Source of the DNA: Candidatus Eiseniibacteriota bacterium
GTDB taxonomy: Bacteria; Eisenbacteria; RBG-16-71-46; JABDJR01; JAWXBZ01
Assembly (NCBI GenBank): GCA_034440375.1
Contig: JAWXBZ010000073.1
Coordinates: 1 to 12,680 of the forward strand
Length of the DNA stretch: 12,680 bases
Reading direction: 5' to 3'
Position 1 is the stretch's first letter. Each line of letters starts with the position of its first letter. The position numbers and the translations under genes were made by a program. The notes under the pieces are model-generated. The model had not been told where the DNA came from, ran no database searches, and worked only from the letters and a program-made list of their open reading frames with translations. This document shows, in pieces, positions 7,416 through 12,680 of this stretch.

Positions 7416-8726
7416 TTGAGCCTGCGACGCCAGTCGACCCTCATCTTTTTGACCAGCATCATCCAGCTAGCCTTCGGCATGGGCGCGGGAATCCTCACCG
7501 CCCGCTTCCTCGGTTCCACCGGCAAGGGGGTGGCCCTCCTCGCTTTCTTCCTGCCCGGATTTCTTTCGAGCCTTGGTTCCCTCTCCATCGGAGAGGGGAG
7601 CACCTATTACATCGGCCGGGGCGTGGCTCCCCGGAAGGTCATCTCCAACACCATCATCCAGGCCTTCGGCCTCGGACTCTTCTACGTGGCGCTCGGACTC
7701 GCCTTCATGGAGCCTATTCGGAACACCGTGGTCAAGGATGTTCCGGCCGGCTACTTCGTGGCCGGAATAATCGTGCTCCCGCTGATGCTGCTCAAGAACT
7801 ATGCCGACGGCGTGCTGGTGGCGCTCGACCGGGTCGGCGACTTCATCGCCGGCAACATGCTCCTCCACGTGAGCCGCGCCCTTCTGATTCTCATCGCCCT
7901 ATGGCCGCTCAATCTCGGCGTGTGGGGAGCCGTGGCCGGCGAGTTCGTGTCGTGGATCCTCACCGGCGGCTTCTACCTCCGGGCCATGGTCCGCGGCCAT
8001 GGATTTGACTGGAAGATCGACTGGGACCTGGCCAGGGACCAGTTCCGCTACAGTGCCATCACCCACGTCGGAAACATGGCCCAGCGGATGAACCACCAGA
8101 CCTCCACCCTGATCCTCTCCTCGCTCAAGGGGGCCCAGGCGGTCGGACTCTTTTCCGTGGCCACCAGCATCGCCCAGATCCTATGGTACCTGCCCGACGC
8201 CGTCGGCCGGATCCTCTTTCCCCGCGTGGCCTCCTCGACCCGCGACGAAGCCAACCGATTGACGACACTCGTCTGCCGGCACACCCTCCTGATCACCGCG
8301 GCGTGCGGACTGGTCGTGCTCCTGTCGGGACGGTGGATTGTGGAGCTTCTGTACGGCCCAGAGTTCAAAGACTCGGTTGGGCCTCTTCTCTGGCTCCTCC
8401 CGGGAATCGTGGGCAGCGTGGTCACCCGGGTCCTCAGCAAATACCTCTCGGGAATCGGAAAACCGAACTACAACGCGGCCGCCTCGGTCATCTCCTTCGG
8501 AGTCAACGCGCTCCTTCTCTTCGCCCTTGTCTCGGCGATGGGGTTGAACGGCGCGGCCATCGCCATGTCGGTGGCCTACGTTTTCAATGGAGTGATCAGC
8601 TTGATTCTCTTCATGCGCGTGTCGAAGACGCGGGCGTCCGAGAGCCTGGTGCCGACCTCGGCCGACATCAAGACCTATGTGGACACGGCGCGACAGTTTT
8701 TGGCGCGGGCCATGGCACGACCGTGA
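7416..8726 (+). CDS. wzx: Wzx-like oligosaccharide/polysaccharide flippase (MOP superfamily)
   Basis: 436 aa with about 12 hydrophobic segments. Motifs ILTARFLGSTGKG, AVGLFSVATSIA...ILFPRVA, IVELLYGPEFKDSV and MGLNGAAIAMSVAY. TTG start. Confidence 0.85.
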   Translation: MSLRRQSTLIFLTSIIQLAFGMGAGILTARFLGSTGKGVALLAFFLPGFLSSLGSLSIGEGSTYYIGRGVAPRKVISNTIIQAFGLGLFYVALGLAFMEPIRNTVVKDVPAGYFVAGIIVLPLMLLKNYADGVLVALDRVGDFIAGNMLLHVSRALLILIALWPLNLGVWGAVAGEFVSWILTGGFYLRAMVRGHGFDWKIDWDLARDQFRYSAITHVGNMAQRMNHQTSTLILSSLKGAQAVGLFSVATSIAQILWYLPDAVGRILFPRVASSTRDEANRLTTLVCRHTLLITAACGLVVLLSGRWIVELLYGPEFKDSVGPLLWLLPGIVGSVVTRVLSKYLSGIGKPNYNAAASVISFGVNALLLFALVSAMGLNGAAIAMSVAYVFNGVISLILFMRVSKTRASESLVPTSADIKTYVDTARQFLARAMARP

Positions 8727-8728
8727 TC

Positions 8729-8952
8729 AATTTCCCGCCGAACCCTACGTCGCACCGGTGAAACTCGAGGTATACAACTTGCAGGGCCAGCTGGTTGCCC
8801 GCCTGGTCGACCATGATATGGCGGCTGGCCGGCATGAAGTGCAATGGGACGGACGCGACGATGCCGGGACTCGCGTAGCGAGCGGGATCTACTACCTGCG
8901 GCTGGAATCTGGGCAACTCAGGGCAACCCGCAAAGTCGTCAAGCTTGAATGA
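8729..8952 (+). pseudogene. Orphan remnant of a FlgD-Ig-like C-terminal domain (secretion/sorting-type tail)
   Basis: From 8758 the frame reads VKLEVYNLQGQLVARLVDHDMAAGRHEVQWDGRDDAGTRVASGIYYLRLESGQLRATRKVVKLE*. A degenerate NFPPNPT (compare NxPNPFNP) lies at 8729-8749 in another frame. No passenger domain is present. Confidence 0.8.
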
Positions 8953-9261
8953 CCCCTTAAGGTCGTTCATCAAAATTCATTCGACCCGGCTTCATGTCAC
9001 GCTCCACCTGGATGATTGTGCAGAAGGCCCGCGGGACTGTTAACACTCTGAAGTGAGCCGGGCGACATCTCGCCGCCGCTGTGCCGTACAATTCTCCATC
9101 CGCAGCGCTGGACGTAACGAGTGCGCCGTCGCCGGATCAGAGCGCCGGGATTGCCTGGCGGGGAGGTCGTAAGCGGCGCTGGGGCGCGAGGATGGGTCCT
9201 GAGATGATTTTGGAGGGGGGCGGGGCAGCAGCCCGCAGCGCAGTTACCCGGGCGGCGCAAG

Positions 9262-12200
9262 GTGAGTAGCGCGCTGTCGCTCTTCCAGGAACCCGTCCGG
9301 CGCTGGTTCGAGGGTTCCTTTGCCGAGCCGACCGAAGCACAGCGGTTGGGCTGGCCGGCCATCGCGCGGGGGGAGTCAACACTCCTCTTGGCCCCGACGG
9401 GCTCGGGCAAGACTCTCGCGGCGTTTCTCGCTTCCATCGACAGGCTGCTGTTTTCGGCTGAACCGCCGAAGGCCGAGCGCTGCCGGGTTATCTACATCTC
9501 GCCGCTCAAGGCGCTTGCTGTGGATGTTGAGCGGAACTTGCGCGCGCCGCTGGCTGGGATCCGGGCCGTTGCCTCGCGCGACGGATTTCCTGTCCGGGAG
9601 ATCCAGATTGCCATCCGCACCGGGGACACGCCGCCGGCGGAGCGAGCGCGGCTCCGGCGCTCGCCGGCCGACATTCTGATCACGACGCCGGAGTCGCTAT
9701 ATTTAATATTGACGTCAGCGGCTCGGGAGACGCTGGCGTTTGTGGAGACCGTGATCATCGACGAGATCCATTCGCTCGTGCCGACGAAGCGGGGGGCGCA
9801 TCTCTTCGTATCTCTGGAGCGGCTGGAGGCATCGCGGCCGGCGTCGTCGGCCCCGCTCCAGCGCATCGGGCTGTCCGCCACGCAGCGGCCTCTGCACGAA
9901 GTGGCCCGACTGCTCGGCGGCGGCCAGCCGGTCGGCCCGGACGGCGAGTGGATGCCGCGGCCGGTGCAGATCATCGATGCCGGGTCGCGCAAGCCGCTGG
10001 AGTTGCGGGTCGAGGTGCCCGTCGAGGACATGGCCCGGCTGGGCGAAGTCAGCGACGAGATCGTGTCAGGGCCCGCGGCCGCCCGGCCTGGGCGCGCCTC
10101 CATCTGGCCGTCGATGCACCCGCGGCTCGTCGAGCTTATCCGTGCCCACCGCTCGACCATGATCTTCGTAAACAGTCGCCGGCTCGCGGAACGCCTGGCG
10201 GGGGCACTGAACGAGCTGGCGGGCGAGGAGCTGGTCTTGGCTCATCACGGATCTGTGGCCCGCGAGCGGCGGACCTACATCGAGGACGCCTTGAAGACCG
10301 GCCAGCTCCGTTCGATCGTGGCCACGTCGTCGCTGGAGCTCGGCATCGACATGGGGGCGGTCGACCTCGTGATCCAGATCGAGGCGCCGCCGAGCGTGGC
10401 GTCCGGTCTGCAGCGCATCGGGCGGGCGCGCCACGAGGTCGGCGGAACTCCACGGGGGATCATCTTTCCGAAGTACCGCGGAGACCTGCTGGCCACGGCG
10501 GCGACCACGGCGCGCATGCTGGCAGGCGAGGTCGAGGAGACCTTCTTCCCGCGCAACCCGCTCGACGTGCTGGCGCAGCAGGTCGTGGCGAGCGTTGCCT
10601 CGGGCGTCTCCGGCGTCGAGGAGCTGTACGTCATGATGCGGCGCGCGGCGCCGTTCGCGGACCTGCCGCGCGGGTCGTTCGAAGGCGTGCTGGACATGCT
10701 GTCGGGCCGCTATCCGTCGGACGAGTTCGCGGAGCTCAAGCCGCGCGTCACCTGGGACCGCATCGCCGGGACGCTGCGGCCTCGCGAGGGCGCGGCGCGG
10801 CTCGCCATAGTCAACGCGGGCACGATTCCGGACCGCGGCCTGTACGGCGTGTTTCTGCCGGGGGAGGGTGACAAGCCGGGCCGCCGCGTGGGCGAGCTCG
10901 ACGAAGAGATGGTCTTCGAGTCGCGCACCGGCGACGTTTTCCTGCTCGGCGCCTCCTCGTGGCGCATCGAGGAGATCACCCACGACCGGGTCATCGTCAC
11001 GCCGGCACCGGGCCAGCCCGGCAAAATGCCGTTCTGGCATGGCGACCGCGCGGGCCGGCCGCCGGAGCTCGGCAGGGCGCTCGGCAAGCTGAGCCGGGAG
11101 ATCGCGGCGGCCTGCGGCAAAGGCGAGGCGACCCGCTTGGAGGCCACGGCGCGCCTCCGCGACCATCACGCCCTCGACGAGCGGGCCGCCGTCAACGCCG
11201 TGGCGTACCTCTGCGACCAGGTCGAGGCCACCGGCGAGGTGCCCAGCGACCGCGTGATCGTGCTGGAGCGCACCATGGACGAGATCGGCGACTGGCGCGT
11301 CTGCATCCTGTCGCCGTTCGGCGCCCGCGTTCACGCGCCGTGGGCCACGGCGGTGCAGGCGCGGCTGCGCGAATCGCTCGACACCGAAGTCGAGGCGATC
11401 TGGTCGGACGACGGCATCGTGTTCCGGCTGCCCGCCGGTGACGCGCCGCCCGATGCCCCCGCGTTCTTCCCCGCGGCCGACGAGATCGAGGACATGGTCG
11501 TCCGGTCGCTCGGCGGCAGCGCCCTGTTCGCTTCCCGATTCCGCGAGAATGCGGGCCGCGCGCTGCTCCTGCCCCGCCGCTACCCCGGCCGGCGGAGCCC
11601 GCTCTGGGCGCAGCGCAAGCGTTCGGCCGATTTGCTGGCGGTCGCTGTGCGCTATGGCTCGTTCCCGATCGTCCTCGAGACGTATCGCGAGTGCCTGCGC
11701 GACGTGTTCGACCTGCCGGCGCTTCAGGAGCTGCTGCGTGATGTGGCCTCGCGGCGCATCCGGGTGCATGTGGCGGACAGCCGGGTGCCGTCGCCGTTTG
11801 CCGCCTCGCTCATGTTCGCGTACATGGCCAGCTTCATCTACGATGGCGACGCGCCGATGGCCGAGCGCCGCGCCCACGCCCTGTCGGTGGATCAGGCACA
11901 GCTGCGCGAGCTCCTGGGTGACGCCGAGCTGCGCGAGTTGCTGGACCCCGAGGCCATTTCGGCCGTGGAGCGGATGCTGCAGCGGCTCGAAACGGGCCGC
12001 GCGCGGCATGCGGACGGTCTGCATGACCTGCTGCTGTACTTGGGCGACCTCACGCCCGAGGAGCTGCGCGAGCGCTCCGAATCGTCCGAGCGGGTGGACG
12101 AGTGGCTGGATGCGCTCGTTGTCGAACGGCGTGTGCTGCGCGTCCGTCTTCAGGGCGCCGAGCGGGTCATCGCGGCCGAGGACGCGGCCCGCTATCGGGA

Positions 12201-12680
12201 TGCGCTCGGCCTGGTCATTCCCCCCGGGCTTCCGGACGCCTTTCTCGGCGTGGCTCCCGAACCGCTGACGCAGCTCGTGTCGCGCTGGGCGCGCACCCAC
12301 GGCCCGTTCCGCCCGATCGACGTGGCGCGACGGTGGGGTCTCGGCGAGGGCGTCGTGCGGTCCGCCCTCCGGCCGCTGTTCGATTCGGGCCGGGTGCTCG
12401 AGGGGGATTTCCTGCCGGGCGGACACGACCGCGAGGCGTGCGACGCGGACGTGCTGCGCCAGATCAAGCGCCGCTCGCTGGCTCGCCTGCGCGCCGAGAT
12501 CGAGCCGGTCGATCCCGAGGTCTTCAGCCGCTTCGCGCTGGACTGGCAGGCCATCACTCACCCGCGCCGAGGGCTGGAGGGCCTGCTGACGGCCATTGAG
12601 CAGCTGCAGGGCGCGCCGCTGCTGGCCTCGGTGCTCGAAAGCGAAGTGCTGCCGGTCCGGGTCGAGCGCTACTCGCCGGC
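9262..12680 (+). CDS. lhr: Lhr-family ATP-dependent DEAD/H-box helicase, long form; partial (>1139 aa, runs off the window)
   Basis: GTG 9262 opens MSSALSLFQEPVRRWFEGSFAEPTEAQ. Motifs are Walker A APTGSGKT (9391-9414), YISPLKALAVDVERNL, DEIH (9760-9771), GLSAT, HHGS, ATSSLELGIDMG, QRIGRA, NPLDVLAQQ, GTIPDRG, GELDEEMVFE and PFWHGD. It is absent from the ORF track, consistent with no stop codon inside the window. Confidence 0.95.
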   Translation, partial: MSSALSLFQEPVRRWFEGSFAEPTEAQRLGWPAIARGESTLLLAPTGSGKTLAAFLASIDRLLFSAEPPKAERCRVIYISPLKALAVDVERNLRAPLAGIRAVASRDGFPVREIQIAIRTGDTPPAERARLRRSPADILITTPESLYLILTSAARETLAFVETVIIDEIHSLVPTKRGAHLFVSLERLEASRPASSAPLQRIGLSATQRPLHEVARLLGGGQPVGPDGEWMPRPVQIIDAGSRKPLELRVEVPVEDMARLGEVSDEIVSGPAAARPGRASIWPSMHPRLVELIRAHRSTMIFVNSRRLAERLAGALNELAGEELVLAHHGSVARERRTYIEDALKTGQLRSIVATSSLELGIDMGAVDLVIQIEAPPSVASGLQRIGRARHEVGGTPRGIIFPKYRGDLLATAATTARMLAGEVEETFFPRNPLDVLAQQVVASVASGVSGVEELYVMMRRAAPFADLPRGSFEGVLDMLSGRYPSDEFAELKPRVTWDRIAGTLRPREGAARLAIVNAGTIPDRGLYGVFLPGEGDKPGRRVGELDEEMVFESRTGDVFLLGASSWRIEEITHDRVIVTPAPGQPGKMPFWHGDRAGRPPELGRALGKLSREIAAACGKGEATRLEATARLRDHHALDERAAVNAVAYLCDQVEATGEVPSDRVIVLERTMDEIGDWRVCILSPFGARVHAPWATAVQARLRESLDTEVEAIWSDDGIVFRLPAGDAPPDAPAFFPAADEIEDMVVRSLGGSALFASRFRENAGRALLLPRRYPGRRSPLWAQRKRSADLLAVAVRYGSFPIVLETYRECLRDVFDLPALQELLRDVASRRIRVHVADSRVPSPFAASLMFAYMASFIYDGDAPMAERRAHALSVDQAQLRELLGDAELRELLDPEAISAVERMLQRLETGRARHADGLHDLLLYLGDLTPEELRERSESSERVDEWLDALVVERRVLRVRLQGAERVIAAEDAARYRDALGLVIPPGLPDAFLGVAPEPLTQLVSRWARTHGPFRPIDVARRWGLGEGVVRSALRPLFDSGRVLEGDFLPGGHDREACDADVLRQIKRRSLARLRAEIEPVDPEVFSRFALDWQAITHPRRGLEGLLTAIEQLQGAPLLASVLESEVLPVRVERYSP

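Noticed and set aside
8677-8757. ORF-track N-terminus of the FlgD-like ORF
   Set aside because: It overlaps the wzx 3' end and has no family resemblance before VKLEVYN.
10066-12561. 831-aa minus-strand ORF
   Set aside because: Antisense shadow of lhr caused by high GC codon bias; no motifs.

Overview
GC-rich bacterial window in two parts. Bases 1-6508 look like a decaying genomic island. It begins with a roughly 250-bp non-coding segment full of nested inverted and direct repeats. Next come an N-terminally truncated DUF2924 gene, a C-terminally truncated large serine recombinase, and an N-terminally truncated AlbA_2/HATPase_c_4/wHTH gene. These are followed by an intact RelE/HigB-like toxin plus HTH antitoxin operon with a clear promoter and operator, a disrupted S41 peptidase pseudogene, and a remnant of an integrase-core (rve) IS. 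Bases 6509-8952 hold a divergent FkbM methyltransferase / Wzx-like flippase pair and an orphan FlgD-Ig-like C-terminal domain remnant. An Lhr-family DEAD/H helicase starts at 9262 and runs off the right edge. The best candidate for undescribed biology is the structured repeat element at 12-255 together with the DUF2924-serine recombinase module. Family assignments come from motif recognition; no database search was run.
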